A stretch of DNA of 52,159 nt, taken from NCBI GenBank assembly GCA_044225505.1, contig JBGAIN010000040.1:1-52159 (forward strand). The letters run 5' to 3'. Positions 9,394 through 19,034 of the stretch are shown here, in pieces; positions within the stretch are counted from its first letter, which is position 1, and every line of letters begins with the position of its first letter. A model generated the notes under the pieces. The model saw only the letters and a list, made by a program, of their open reading frames with translations, searched no databases and had not been told where the DNA came from. The DNA is from Limisphaerales bacterium (GTDB taxonomy: Bacteria > Verrucomicrobiota > Verrucomicrobiia > Limisphaerales > SIBE01). The position numbers and the translations under genes were made by a program.

Positions 9394-12132
9394 CTAGGCG
9401 ACTGCAATATTGACCAGCTTTTTCCCAACCACGATGACTCGGAGCACCTTTTTGCCAGTGAGAAAGCTTTGGACCTTTTCACAGTTTAGGGCGGCGGTGC
9501 GAATCTCCTCCTCGGTCGCTTCTGCGCCGATGCGAATACGATCACGCAATTTCCCATTGATTTGGACGGGAATCTCGAGCGTCGATTCTACGAGGAGAGC
9601 CGGATCGTGCTTTGGCCAAGCCTGATAAGCGAGGGGAATTCCTGGACTTGACCCGGCCTTCGCAGAGGCGGAGCAGAGCTTGCTCCAGAGCTCTTCTGCT
9701 AAATGCGGAGCGAAGGGCTGCAGCAAAACAAGGAAATCTCGAAGGACAGCGCTCGGTCGAACCTCCCACCCCGTCGCCTCGTTAACAAAGACCATCATCG
9801 CGGAGATGGCGGTGTTGAAGCGCATCCCTTCAAGGTCTTCGGTGACCTTCTTAATGCACGCATGGAGAGTCTTTAACTGTTCCGGCGCTGCGGCAGTGTC
9901 CTGAATGCCGCGGTGCAGTCGCAAATCCTGAAGCAGCTCCGCGCCAAGGTCTGGCTGTAGCGCCTGATGTTGTTCGAACTCGGTTTCACTCGTTTCGTCG
10001 ATGAACAGGCGCCAGACCCGCCCGAGGAAACGATAGACTCCCTCCACGCCAGTGGTACTCCAAGGCTTTACCATTTCCAACGGCCCCATGAACATCTCGT
10101 AAAGGCGGAACGCATCCGCGCCGTATTCGGCGAGGACATCGTCCGGGTTCACAACGTTTCCTCGGGATTTGGACATCTTCTGCCCGTCTTCTCCCAGGAT
10201 TAGACCCTGGTTCACGAGCTTATAAAACGGCTCCGCGGTGGAGACGTAGCCGAGGTCGTGAAGAACTTTGTGCCAGAATCGGGAGTAGAGCAGGTGCAGG
10301 ACCGCGTGTTCGGTCCCTCCCACGTAGAGATTCACTCCCGCGGCGCTAGTTAAATTCCCTGTGCCAGACCCACCCATCCAGTAGCGCTCCGCTTCAACGC
10401 CGCAGAAGCGCTCGGTGTTATTTGGATCTAGATAACGCAGGTAATACCAACAACTACCAGCCCACTGCGGCATCGTATTGGTCTCACGCACGGAGCCGTC
10501 CGCCAGTTTCACCCAATCCGTGGCGCGACTCAGCGGCGGTTCCCCGTCCGCAGTCGGTTTAAAGTCGGTCAGGTTTGGGGGGAGGATCGGCAAGTCGGTT
10601 TCAGGGACTGCCTCGTGATACGACTCGCCCAATGCATCTCGTTTCCAGAGGATCGGAAAGGGCTCCCCCCAATAGCGCTGCCGGGAAAACAGCCAGTCGC
10701 GGATTTTGAAGTTCACTGTCCTGCGGCCACATCCTTTTGCTTCCAGCCAATCGAGGATACGTTTTTTCGACTCCGGGGTTGGCATACCATCGAGAAAGTC
10801 GGAGTTCACGCTGGTGCCATCCCCGACATAACCGAGTGATTCCTGTCCGGTAGGTGCTTGGACGACGAGCCGGACTTCGAGGCCAAACTTCTGGGCAAAA
10901 GCGAGGTCGCGAGTGTCGTGGGCCGGGACTGCCATGATGGCGCCTGTCCCGTAGGAGGCGAGCACGTAGTCGGCAATCCAGATAGGAATTTTCTCTTGAG
11001 TCGCGGGATTGATGGCGTATGAGCCGATAAAGACTCCCGTCTTTTCCTTTGCCAATTCGGTCCGTTCAAGGTCGCTCTTGGCGGCGGCAAAGGCGCGATA
11101 CTCATCCACGACAGAGCGGCGGTCTGGGGTCGTCAGTTCACCGACCAGCTTATGTTCGGGCGACAACACGATGTAAGTCGCTCCAAAGAGCGTATCCGCG
11201 CGTGTAGTGAACACGGTGATCCGAGTTGTGAGACCCGGCACGGTGAATTCGATCTCGGCTCCTTCGCTCCGGCCAATCCAGTTTCGCTGCATCTGCTTGA
11301 GCGACTCTGTCCAGTCGATAGTTTCAAGGTCGTCCAGAAGTCTTTGGGCATACGCGGTGATGCGAAGCATCCATTGGCGCATCGGTTTGCGTACGACGGG
11401 GAACCCACCGACTTCACTCTTACCGTCGATGACTTCTTCATTCGCCAGGACGGTCCCTAAAGCTTCGCACCACCAGACCGGAGCTTCGCTAACGTAAGCG
11501 AGACGACGATTGTCCCGGTAGGCACGTCGTTGGCGCTCGAGTTCTGGAGTTGGCGGTTGTCCCGGGATCGGTTGGAGCGACGGAGGATATTCAATAGTGA
11601 GAATCGGCTCGGCCTTATTGGACGCTGGGTTAAACCACGATTGATATAGCTGCAAAAAGATCCACTGGGTCCACCGGAAGTAACGAGGGTCTGTCGTGTC
11701 GACCTCCCGCGTCCAATCGTAACTGAACCCTAAGGCTTGGATCTGTCGTTTGAATGTCCGCACATTCTGCTCGGTCGTTTTCCGAGGGTGTTGCCCGGTC
11801 TTAATGGCATATTGCTCAGCGGGAAGTCCAAAGGCATCCCAGCCCATCGGATGAAGCACATGGTAACCGACCGCACGCCGATAGCGGGCCAGAATGTCCG
11901 TGGCGGTGTAACCTTCCGGATGTCCGACATGTAGCCCCGCACCAGAGGGATACGGGAACATATCGAGAATGTAGTACTTTGGCGGCAGGCTTGGGTGGCG
12001 TTGGGCAAAAGGGTGCTGAGCGGGCACGGATTCGCCAGGGTTCCAGGCGCGAAACGTCTCTTGCTGTTCCCAGGTTCGCTGCCACTTTGGCTCGATCAAC
12101 TCAAATGGATATTGCTTCCGCGCCGTCGACAT
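9394..12132 (-). CDS. leuS: Leucine--tRNA ligase
   Basis: [14 protein letters not shown] (HIGH), [10 protein letters not shown], editing-domain VFTTR and [17 protein letters not shown]. Confidence 0.98.
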   Translation of the reverse strand: MSTARKQYPFELIEPKWQRTWEQQETFRAWNPGESVPAQHPFAQRHPSLPPKYYILDMFPYPSGAGLHVGHPEGYTATDILARYRRAVGYHVLHPMGWDAFGLPAEQYAIKTGQHPRKTTEQNVRTFKRQIQALGFSYDWTREVDTTDPRYFRWTQWIFLQLYQSWFNPASNKAEPILTIEYPPSLQPIPGQPPTPELERQRRAYRDNRRLAYVSEAPVWWCEALGTVLANEEVIDGKSEVGGFPVVRKPMRQWMLRITAYAQRLLDDLETIDWTESLKQMQRNWIGRSEGAEIEFTVPGLTTRITVFTTRADTLFGATYIVLSPEHKLVGELTTPDRRSVVDEYRAFAAAKSDLERTELAKEKTGVFIGSYAINPATQEKIPIWIADYVLASYGTGAIMAVPAHDTRDLAFAQKFGLEVRLVVQAPTGQESLGYVGDGTSVNSDFLDGMPTPESKKRILDWLEAKGCGRRTVNFKIRDWLFSRQRYWGEPFPILWKRDALGESYHEAVPETDLPILPPNLTDFKPTADGEPPLSRATDWVKLADGSVRETNTMPQWAGSCWYYLRYLDPNNTERFCGVEAERYWMGGSGTGNLTSAAGVNLYVGGTEHAVLHLLYSRFWHKVLHDLGYVSTAEPFYKLVNQGLILGEDGQKMSKSRGNVVNPDDVLAEYGADAFRLYEMFMGPLEMVKPWSTTGVEGVYRFLGRVWRLFIDETSETEFEQHQALQPDLGAELLQDLRLHRGIQDTAAAPEQLKTLHACIKKVTEDLEGMRFNTAISAMMVFVNEATGWEVRPSAVLRDFLVLLQPFAPHLAEELWSKLCSASAKAGSSPGIPLAYQAWPKHDPALLVESTLEIPVQINGKLRDRIRIGAEATEEEIRTAALNCEKVQSFLTGKKVLRVIVVGKKLVNIAVA

Positions 12133-12252
12133 AGGCGGCGAATATCAGGGAAAGCCGCCGGAGCAGCAACATCTGATTTCCTGACGCTCTGGCTGAACTC
12201 GCAGATTTAACCCCTCCGGAATGGCAACCTGGTGGTGGGCGAGACGGAACTC

Positions 12253-13650
12253 TTACCCCTCCAGGACGAGGCGACGTACGAGTTCATAAACCTCCGTGGA
12301 CGCGAGAGGCGAATCGGATAGCAAGCCGGAATCAGCAACGACGATCGGCCAATCGTCCGGGTTCCTGGGAATGCAACCGTGCGAGCCCTTGACCAGAGTC
12401 GGGTCCAGCGGAATTAAGTTCATTAGCATCCGGAATCCGAGCTTCTTTTGCAGGAGTTTGAAAGCGATTTTGAGTTTTGCCCAGCGCTGCCGCGGGTCGA
12501 GAAACAATTCGACCGGGTCATATCCGGGTTTACGGTGGATATCCACGGTTCGGGCAAAATCGGGCGCAGCCTGGTCGTCGAACCAATAGTAGTAGGTAAA
12601 CCAAGCGTTCTCTTGCGCGACTACGATAAGATCGCCGGCGCGATTATGGTCGAGGCCGATGGCTCCGCGTTCCGCTTTCAAGAAGACGTGGCCGACTCCG
12701 GGCGTATCGCGCAGAAGCTTATACGCCTTTTTTTCAAGAGAGGCGTCATTGAGGTAGACATGCGCGATCTGATGATCGGCGACAGCAAAGGCCCTGCTTG
12801 CGCCGCAATCGAGCAGTTCCAACCCGAGCTCTTGCTTGATTTCGATCCAACCGTTCTCACGGAACAGTCGGTTCAAATGAACCGGAGTATCAACCGCCGT
12901 GAGGCCGTACTCGGAGAGGAGGGCAACTTGCACTTGGTGTTTTCGATAGAACTGCAGCAGTTCCCCAACCAATTGATCGATCTCCCGTAGATCATCCTCT
13001 GCTTTTGGATGGTGCGGGCCCCAGCGCTGGAAGTTGTAATCGAGGTGCGGCAGATAAACCAGCGATAGTGTAGGGGAGTATTTCTGTTCAATCCATCTCG
13101 CGGCATCAGCAATCCATTGGGAAGCCGCCGGCCGACTGTAGCGGCCAGAAGTTGTTCCGGCCGCAGGCCCCCAAAACGCGGGAAAAGGGAATGCTCCAAG
13201 ATCCTCTGTAATGGCCGGGCGCAGCGAAAAAGGCCAGGTGTAAATATCGAAAATCTTTCGTCCGTCCGCCGGATACAAGGGTCGAGGTGTGATGCTAAAG
13301 TCGACCCCAGAATACATATTGTACCACCAAAAGAGTTTGGCACAGGTGAACTCAGGACGGAGCGCCTTCAAGTCGTGCCAGATTTTGGGGCGCTGGATCA
13401 AATGATTTGATTGCTTCCAAAACTGCACTTCGGCCAGTGATCGGTCGTACCAACCGTTGCCTACAATGCCGTGCTCGGTCGGCCGACATCCAGTTAAGTA
13501 GTTTGCCTGGGCTGTACAGGTGACCGCCGGCAACGCCGGAGAGATCGTCGCCAGTTTGTTCTGTTGTGCAAAGCTGGAGATGTGGGGCGTGGCTGACCCA
13601 AGAACCGAGCGAGAGAGCCCGACGACATTGAGGATAGCAGTCCGCTTCAT
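12253..13650 (-). CDS. eboF: Alkaline phosphatase / nucleotide pyrophosphatase family protein, EboF-like
   Basis: LNVVGL, PAVTC (nucleophile Thr), HGIVGNGWY, VYLPHLDY, LSEYG, VDIHRKPGYDPVELF, VKGSHG, as in ebo-cluster EboF. Confidence 0.82.
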   Translation of the reverse strand: MKRTAILNVVGLSRSVLGSATPHISSFAQQNKLATISPALPAVTCTAQANYLTGCRPTEHGIVGNGWYDRSLAEVQFWKQSNHLIQRPKIWHDLKALRPEFTCAKLFWWYNMYSGVDFSITPRPLYPADGRKIFDIYTWPFSLRPAITEDLGAFPFPAFWGPAAGTTSGRYSRPAASQWIADAARWIEQKYSPTLSLVYLPHLDYNFQRWGPHHPKAEDDLREIDQLVGELLQFYRKHQVQVALLSEYGLTAVDTPVHLNRLFRENGWIEIKQELGLELLDCGASRAFAVADHQIAHVYLNDASLEKKAYKLLRDTPGVGHVFLKAERGAIGLDHNRAGDLIVVAQENAWFTYYYWFDDQAAPDFARTVDIHRKPGYDPVELFLDPRQRWAKLKIAFKLLQKKLGFRMLMNLIPLDPTLVKGSHGCIPRNPDDWPIVVADSGLLSDSPLASTEVYELVRRLVLEG

Positions 13651-13773
13651 GACTCGCGGGGACTGACAGGGTTTGTTCGCCTGGCACAGGACGCTCTGGT
13701 CGTCCCGGATTCCGGTGATGGTAGCGGCCAGGCCGCATCCGGGGAATGCTCTTCGCCAACCTGCCGAGCGGAC

Positions 13774-14973
13774 CTATTGGGGATTGCCCAAGTTCCCAGC
13801 CGATGGGCGGAGGCGATTGGCATGGCGTTCCTGCAACTCATGAATAGCTGCGATGACCAGTTTCAGTTCGATCGCATGGACCTCATGGCCTCGACCGATA
13901 CCCTGAAGCAGAGTGACGGTCAAATCGCCGCCCAGGTGCTCGCGAAAATCCTCGAGACCTTCCAATACCTTCAACTGGCTCGCCTTATCGACGTGCAGTA
14001 GTTCATTGGTAAATAACTCAAATCCGAGCACTTCGATTAAGGTAAGAATCCGCTCCGCGGAGTCCCCGTCGAGTAACCCGGTCAGTTTCGAATAAGTCAC
14101 GTCGATTGCAATCCCGATGGCGACGGCCTCACCGTGACGCAGCTTAAACTCGGAGAGTTGCTCCAGTTTGTGAGCCGCCCAATGCCCGAAATCCAACGGT
14201 CGCGCGGAGCCAAACTCAAAGGGATCGCCCGCTGTGGCAATGTGGTTGATGTGCAGTTCGGCGCATCGATAGATGAGCGGTTCCACGGCCGCGGGATCAA
14301 ACGTCCGCAGGCGTTCGGCATCCTGCTCGATTCTTTCGAAAAAAGCCCGGTCTCGAATCAGTGCGACTTTAAGCGCTTCGATATATCCGGCGCGCTTATC
14401 CCGTTCCGAAAGCGACGCGAGCAAACCGAAGTCATTGATCACGGCAAATGGCGGTGCAAACGTGCCAATGAAGTTTTTTTTGCCGAAAGCATTGATGCCG
14501 TTTTTGACGCCGACTCCCGAATCGTCCTGGCTCAGGGTGGTCGTGGGAAACCGGATATGGCGTAGGCCGCGATGGGCAGTTGCAGCCGCCAGACCGACCA
14601 TGTCGAGAAGTGCCCCTCCGCCAATCGCGATCACATACGAATGTCGGTCGAGGTGGTAGCGATCGATCTGAGATTGAATCTCCGAGACGTGAAAATAGGA
14701 ATTTTTCACGCGCTCTCCGCCCTCAATGACAATCGGCGGGCAAACCAATTGCAGCTCTGGCGAACTCTTAAAGTAAGAGTCGATGTCCCGTTCCAAAGCG
14801 GGCCGAGCTTGAGCTAGAGTTTCGTCGAGAATCACTAAGGCTCGCTGAGGGCGCCGGGCTTCCCCGTTGGTGAGCACGGTCCGAAGGAGCGAATTGTCTG
14901 GATGGAACGTATCCGTGGTGAAGTGCACCTGGTGCCGATAACGCACTTCAATCTGGCGTTCGATCACACGCAT
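13774..14973 (-). CDS. eboD: 3-dehydroquinate synthase-like sugar-phosphate cyclase, EboD clade
   Basis: GGGALLD, AATAHRG, PTT, DSGVGVKNGIN, DPFEFGSARPLDFGHWAAHKLE, LRHGEAV, FREHLGG are EboD-type rather than E. coli AroB-type signatures. Confidence 0.8.
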   Translation of the reverse strand: MRVIERQIEVRYRHQVHFTTDTFHPDNSLLRTVLTNGEARRPQRALVILDETLAQARPALERDIDSYFKSSPELQLVCPPIVIEGGERVKNSYFHVSEIQSQIDRYHLDRHSYVIAIGGGALLDMVGLAAATAHRGLRHIRFPTTTLSQDDSGVGVKNGINAFGKKNFIGTFAPPFAVINDFGLLASLSERDKRAGYIEALKVALIRDRAFFERIEQDAERLRTFDPAAVEPLIYRCAELHINHIATAGDPFEFGSARPLDFGHWAAHKLEQLSEFKLRHGEAVAIGIAIDVTYSKLTGLLDGDSAERILTLIEVLGFELFTNELLHVDKASQLKVLEGLEDFREHLGGDLTVTLLQGIGRGHEVHAIELKLVIAAIHELQERHANRLRPSAGNLGNPQ

Positions 14974-15036
14974 GGAGAGCGATCTGCAAACACGGCCAGA
15001 GCTCGGCTCCTCCGTGCTTTGGATTCCATACGCGAG

Positions 15037-16050
15037 CTACTCACGGCCGGCGGCCGTGATGAATGGCTTCAGTTCCGACATCAAACGGTCGAATCCTTGC
15101 AAGGTGAGTTGTTGTGCCCCGTCGCTCAGTGCCTCGGCCGGATTCGGATGGACCTCGATCAGAAGAGCGTCGGCGCCCATCGCCACGGCCCCTTTGCACA
15201 TTGCTATGACCAGATCAGCACGACCGGCGCCCTGGCTTGGGTCGATAACGATGGGCAAGTGAGACTCGTTTTTGATGATCGGTGCGGCGGCTAAATCCAA
15301 GGTATTTCGTGTATACGTCTCGAAGGTTCGAATCCCGCGCTCGCAGAATAGGAGATTCGGGTTGCCATTGGACATAACGTATTCGCCGGCGAGCAGCCAC
15401 TCGTCAATCTTCATCGAGAGTCCCCGCTTCAAGAGCACAGGTTTGCCCGTCTTCGCAGCGGCAATTAAGAGCTTGAAGTTCTGCGCATTTCGGGCGCCGA
15501 TCTGGAGAATATCCGCGTACTCCGCGACCATCTCGGCGTGCTCCTCCGAGAGCAGTTCGGTGATGACGGCCAAGCCGGTTTCACGTCGAGCTTTGGCCAG
15601 GAGTTTGAGCCCACGGAGTCCCAATCCTTGAAACTCGTATGGCGACGTGCGTGGTTTGAAGGCACCCCCACGCAGAATCGTGGCCCCAGCCTTCTTTACA
15701 GCGACCGCTGTGGTCATGAGTTGTTGCTCACTTTCAACGGAGCAAGGACCCGCCATGATCTGGAATTTCTTGCCGCCGATCGGAACGCCACGCGCTTTAA
15801 TGACCGAGTTTTCTCGGTGCCCTTCGCGGCTAACCAGTTTGTAGCGCTTCTGCACAGGCATCACCTTTTCGACCTGGGGCCAGACGGAGAGCGCTTCCAA
15901 GGTGTGATGAGTTCGTTCGTCGCCGATCGCGCCAATCACGGTTCGCTCGACTCCACGAATGATATGTGGCTTGTAACCTAGTTTGCGAATCTCGGTGAGC
16001 ACAGCGTTCTCTTCTTTCTTGCTGATCTCTGGTTTAAGAACAACGATCAT
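15037..16050 (-). CDS. aroF: DAHP synthase, type I-beta with N-terminal regulatory domain
   Basis: MIVVLKP..GVERTVIGAIGD regulatory domain, AGPCSVES, RGGAFKPRTSPY, QIGARN, LKRG, CERGIRTFE, EVHPNP..ALSDG. Confidence 0.95.
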   Translation of the reverse strand: MIVVLKPEISKKEENAVLTEIRKLGYKPHIIRGVERTVIGAIGDERTHHTLEALSVWPQVEKVMPVQKRYKLVSREGHRENSVIKARGVPIGGKKFQIMAGPCSVESEQQLMTTAVAVKKAGATILRGGAFKPRTSPYEFQGLGLRGLKLLAKARRETGLAVITELLSEEHAEMVAEYADILQIGARNAQNFKLLIAAAKTGKPVLLKRGLSMKIDEWLLAGEYVMSNGNPNLLFCERGIRTFETYTRNTLDLAAAPIIKNESHLPIVIDPSQGAGRADLVIAMCKGAVAMGADALLIEVHPNPAEALSDGAQQLTLQGFDRLMSELKPFITAAGRE

Positions 16051-16086
16051 AATTTTGTCGCCGGGGCATCAACGCTGGGCTCAATG

Positions 16087-16117
16087 AAAAAGCCGCAGGT
16101 GATGGCGACCTGCGGCT
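16087..16117 (-). terminator. Intrinsic terminator of the aroF attenuator
   Basis: Minus strand AGCCGCAGGT-CGCCATC-ACCTGCGGCT perfect 10 bp stem running into a T5 tract, 36 nt upstream of the aroF ATG. Confidence 0.88.
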
Positions 16118-16135
16118 CGGGTTAAAGTTTGCGTT

Positions 16136-16222
16136 TTAGAGCAGCCCGATGCGCAGGTTCGGAGAGCTAAAGTAGTATGCCCAACCGAACCCACTGCTAA
16201 ATCGATGGCTGCCGTTAGTCAT
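16136..16222 (-). CDS. Aromatic amino acid leader peptide MTNGSHRFSSGFGWAYYFSSPNLRIGLL (28 aa)
   Basis: Hand-translated ATG(16222)..TAA(16136); F, F, W, Y, Y, F clustered in codons 8-18; directly upstream of the terminator and aroF; too short for the ORF track. Confidence 0.85.
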   Translation of the reverse strand: MTNGSHRFSSGFGWAYYFSSPNLRIGLL

Positions 16223-16230
16223 CAAGCGGC

Positions 16231-16258
16231 ACGATAGCAGACTGCTTCGGGCCGTCAA
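16231..16258 (-). promoter_or_regulatory. Putative sigma70 promoter of the aroF leader
   Basis: Minus strand TTGACG-N16-TATCGT with TG extension (TGC-TATCGT); 8 nt from -10 to the leader ATG. Confidence 0.6.
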
Positions 16259-16443
16259 CTGCAACTTCGCAGTCGCGCAAGAAGCTAGGGCCGGTGATTG
16301 GATTCATGAAAAACGTGGTGGGGCGGAGGGCAACTGCGACTATTCATCACCTCGAAGGAATCGATCCGTTTCGCTCAACTCCATCGTGCCGAAACGAAAC
16401 TTCCACCACGGAGCTGGACCAGGCTTATTCGAACTTGCCTCCG

Positions 16444-17007
16444 TCACTCAGGCGCGCGGAGCGCTGTCGTGCTGAACAAATTGGTTCCCCGACGGCGCCC
16501 CGCTTCGAGCAAGAGCCGATAAGGAACGCCGGGAATCAACGCCTCAGCGTTAGTCTGCCCTCCGCGGACCTGCATCCCTTCGGGAACACGGTTATAAAGG
16601 AGCGAGCGGGTCGGCCGGCTCTTCCCCACCAGTTCCCACTGCAGCTTGGGGGGAGTGCCATCCGCAGGGACGTCTTCAACTCGGACATGAGTAAGTTCGT
16701 AGAAGGCGTCAAAGCTAAAGGTAACATTGGCCGCGCCCCCGGGCGCGGGATCGATAGCACCTTTTTCCGGTGGCGCAATTCGCTCGAAAGGGCGCACCGC
16801 AGGAACCACATGATTGGTTTCTGCCAGTTTTCCAGGCACGAGCGGCTTTTTAGCCGGCCGACCAAATCGAGGCGGTTGGATCGCAAACCGGACTTGAGAC
16901 GCGATTTGAATCGGAGCGGGGCGGACCCAGTCCGTAAAGAAGAGAGCGTAAACCAACAACAGAGTGGCAAAAACTGCGACCAACGTCCAACGGCGGCGAG
17001 GGTTCAT
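16444..17007 (-). CDS. Hypothetical protein with N-terminal membrane anchor/signal
   Basis: MNPRRRW + hydrophobic stretch; beta-rich C-terminal part; starts 9 nt after the prepilin gene stop. Confidence 0.7.
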   Translation of the reverse strand: MNPRRRWTLVAVFATLLLVYALFFTDWVRPAPIQIASQVRFAIQPPRFGRPAKKPLVPGKLAETNHVVPAVRPFERIAPPEKGAIDPAPGGAANVTFSFDAFYELTHVRVEDVPADGTPPKLQWELVGKSRPTRSLLYNRVPEGMQVRGGQTNAEALIPGVPYRLLLEAGRRRGTNLFSTTALRAPE

Positions 17008-17016
17008 GGCGATCGG

Positions 17017-17778
17017 TCAAGGCAGCGAAACCGCCACGTTACGTTCTTTGGGCGACACAGCCCACATATTAACCGGATTAAAGGTGCGACCATACCGCAA
17101 GAAGTCCACGTGCCCATCGACCATGGCGTAATTCGATCCACCACCCTTTCCGGTGCGAGTCGAATTTCCGTGCATCGTTTGATTCAATCCGTTCATGTCG
17201 TCCAGGGCATCATAGTCCATATGATATTGGGGGGTACCTCCCGGCCGGTTGTCGCGTTCACCGAAAGCGACCGTGGCTGACGGCTCAGGGATGTTCTGTT
17301 CGTTAATTACCACCTCGCCATTGCCCAACTGACGGAAGCGCGGCATTCCAGCGGTGCCAACGATGTGCCGGTAGTAATCATCGAAGCCATTGATAAGATA
17401 GGTGCGGGCGACCGATTCGGCAGGGCGAGTGCCCGAGCCGGCCGCTGCGTTGGTAGTGGCTTTAGCCCAGATATCCGAGGGGCATTTAAGGATTCGCAGG
17501 TCTTGGTAATGGGGGAGAAGCGTTGTGCACCAGCGATTCGTTTGAATTCGGGGAGGAAAGAAGCCGTTATTGTCCGTGGCGTAAAGGTGCAACGCCAGCG
17601 CCAGTTGTTTCTCATTGTTTAGGCAGGCAATGCGTTGCGCTGCCCCTTTCGCCTTGCCCAACGCTGGCATCAACATCGAAGTCAGAATCCCAATAATCCC
17701 GATCACGACCAAGAGTTCAATCAGCGTAAATCCGATCCGCTTCGCTTTTCGCTGATTCCGATCAGGCCCTGTCCACAT
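17017..17778 (-). CDS. Prepilin-type N-terminal cleavage/methylation protein with H-X9-DG-like C-terminal motif (DUF1559-like)
   Basis: [30 protein letters not shown]...NYAMVDGHV; start moved to ATG 17778 (short basic leader before G/F site). Confidence 0.88.
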   Translation of the reverse strand: MWTGPDRNQRKAKRIGFTLIELLVVIGIIGILTSMLMPALGKAKGAAQRIACLNNEKQLALALHLYATDNNGFFPPRIQTNRWCTTLLPHYQDLRILKCPSDIWAKATTNAAAGSGTRPAESVARTYLINGFDDYYRHIVGTAGMPRFRQLGNGEVVINEQNIPEPSATVAFGERDNRPGGTPQYHMDYDALDDMNGLNQTMHGNSTRTGKGGGSNYAMVDGHVDFLRYGRTFNPVNMWAVSPKERNVAVSLP

Positions 17779-18016
17779 ATATCCTTTGGACACTCTTTGA
17801 GCGCGAAATGTTACGGAGAATCTTGTCCCATCGTCCGGTCTGCGGCCGGTCAACGGAGGCTCAGAGCTGACTCGTTGGGGTCGCGACCGGGTAAAAGCGG
17901 CGGTCCCAACGCTCATTTTTGCCGTTTTTGCCTAACTTTCTGCTCCCGGAATCGAAAAGGGCTTGCCGCAGCGCTTGACCTGGCTGGGAACCCCCCCGTA
18001 AAGTGGACCCGTTGAA

Positions 18017-18979
18017 ATGAAACTCTTTGCTGTCTTGATGGTGGCTCTTGCACCGCTAGGGCTCTACGCCCAGTCCGAATCCGCAATTCCGCTGAACGGG
18101 ATTGTCGCCAGAGTCAATGACACAGTGATCACCTTCAAAGAAGTGTTGACCTCCATTGCGTCCGAGCTCGAATTCCTGGAACGTCGTTACGGGGATAATC
18201 CGTCCGCTTTCGAACAGAAAGCGCGCGAGCTGCGAAGCAATGCGATCCGTGACCTGGTGGAACGTCAACTGATTCTCCACGAATTCAAGACGGGCGGCTA
18301 CAATTTGCCAGAGAGCTTCATTGAGGATCAAATCGCCAAGGACACGCGCAACTATGGCAACCGCTTGACGTTGACAAAAACTTTACAGGCTCAAGGGCTT
18401 ACGTTTGAGAATTACCGCCAGCGAGTGCGTGAACGCGTTATCCTCTCAGCGATGGTCGACCACTTCATTCCACGCGATCCAGTGATCTCTCCTCACAAGA
18501 TCGAGGTCTACTATAAAGAGCACGAGGACAAGTATAAACTGGAGGATCAGGTCAAACTGCGCATGATTGTTGTCACGAATCGGCCTAACGAAGCGACTGC
18601 CTCCAAAGTGATGGCCCAGGAAATCATGGCCAAACTGGAGGAGGGGGCGGATTTCGCGGATATGGCGCGGATTTACTCACAAGGATCGCAAAGCGCGGAG
18701 GGCGGCGATTGGGGCTGGGTCGAGCGTTCCGTCTTGCGCCAGGATCTTGCCGACGTGGCATTCTCCTTGAAGGCAGGTCAACGGAGCGGCTTGGTCGAGC
18801 GGCCGGACGGTTGTTATATTATGCTCGTGGAGGAATCTCGGCTTGCTCATACACGACCCCTCTCCGAGGTGCGGCCGGAGATCGAGACGGCTCTTAAAGG
18901 CGAGGAAACCAAACGTTTGCACGACAAGTGGATCGAGCGCTTGAAGCAAAAGTCGTTCGTTCAATATTTCCCGGATTAG
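18017..18979 (+). CDS. surA: SurA-like periplasmic chaperone / parvulin PPIase
   Basis: Signal peptide, IVARVNDTVIT, GADFADMARIYS..SAEGGDWGW parvulin motif; surA-pdxA synteny. Confidence 0.85.
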   Translation: MKLFAVLMVALAPLGLYAQSESAIPLNGIVARVNDTVITFKEVLTSIASELEFLERRYGDNPSAFEQKARELRSNAIRDLVERQLILHEFKTGGYNLPESFIEDQIAKDTRNYGNRLTLTKTLQAQGLTFENYRQRVRERVILSAMVDHFIPRDPVISPHKIEVYYKEHEDKYKLEDQVKLRMIVVTNRPNEATASKVMAQEIMAKLEEGADFADMARIYSQGSQSAEGGDWGWVERSVLRQDLADVAFSLKAGQRSGLVERPDGCYIMLVEESRLAHTRPLSEVRPEIETALKGEETKRLHDKWIERLKQKSFVQYFPD

Positions 18980-19034
18980 GCAGGGCTTCTCCTGGCTTCG
19001 GACTGCGGAGTTTCGGAGGTATTGAGATAAACGG

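Noticed and set aside
12133..12252. T-box or attenuator upstream of leuS
   Set aside because: Region only 120 nt; no T-box consensus, Leu-rich leader or terminator seen
13651..13773. Remnant of eboE between eboD and eboF
   Set aside because: No recognisable EboE motif in the frames I could read
16294..17280. 328 aa plus-strand ORF
   Set aside because: Antisense to two better-supported genes; no motifs
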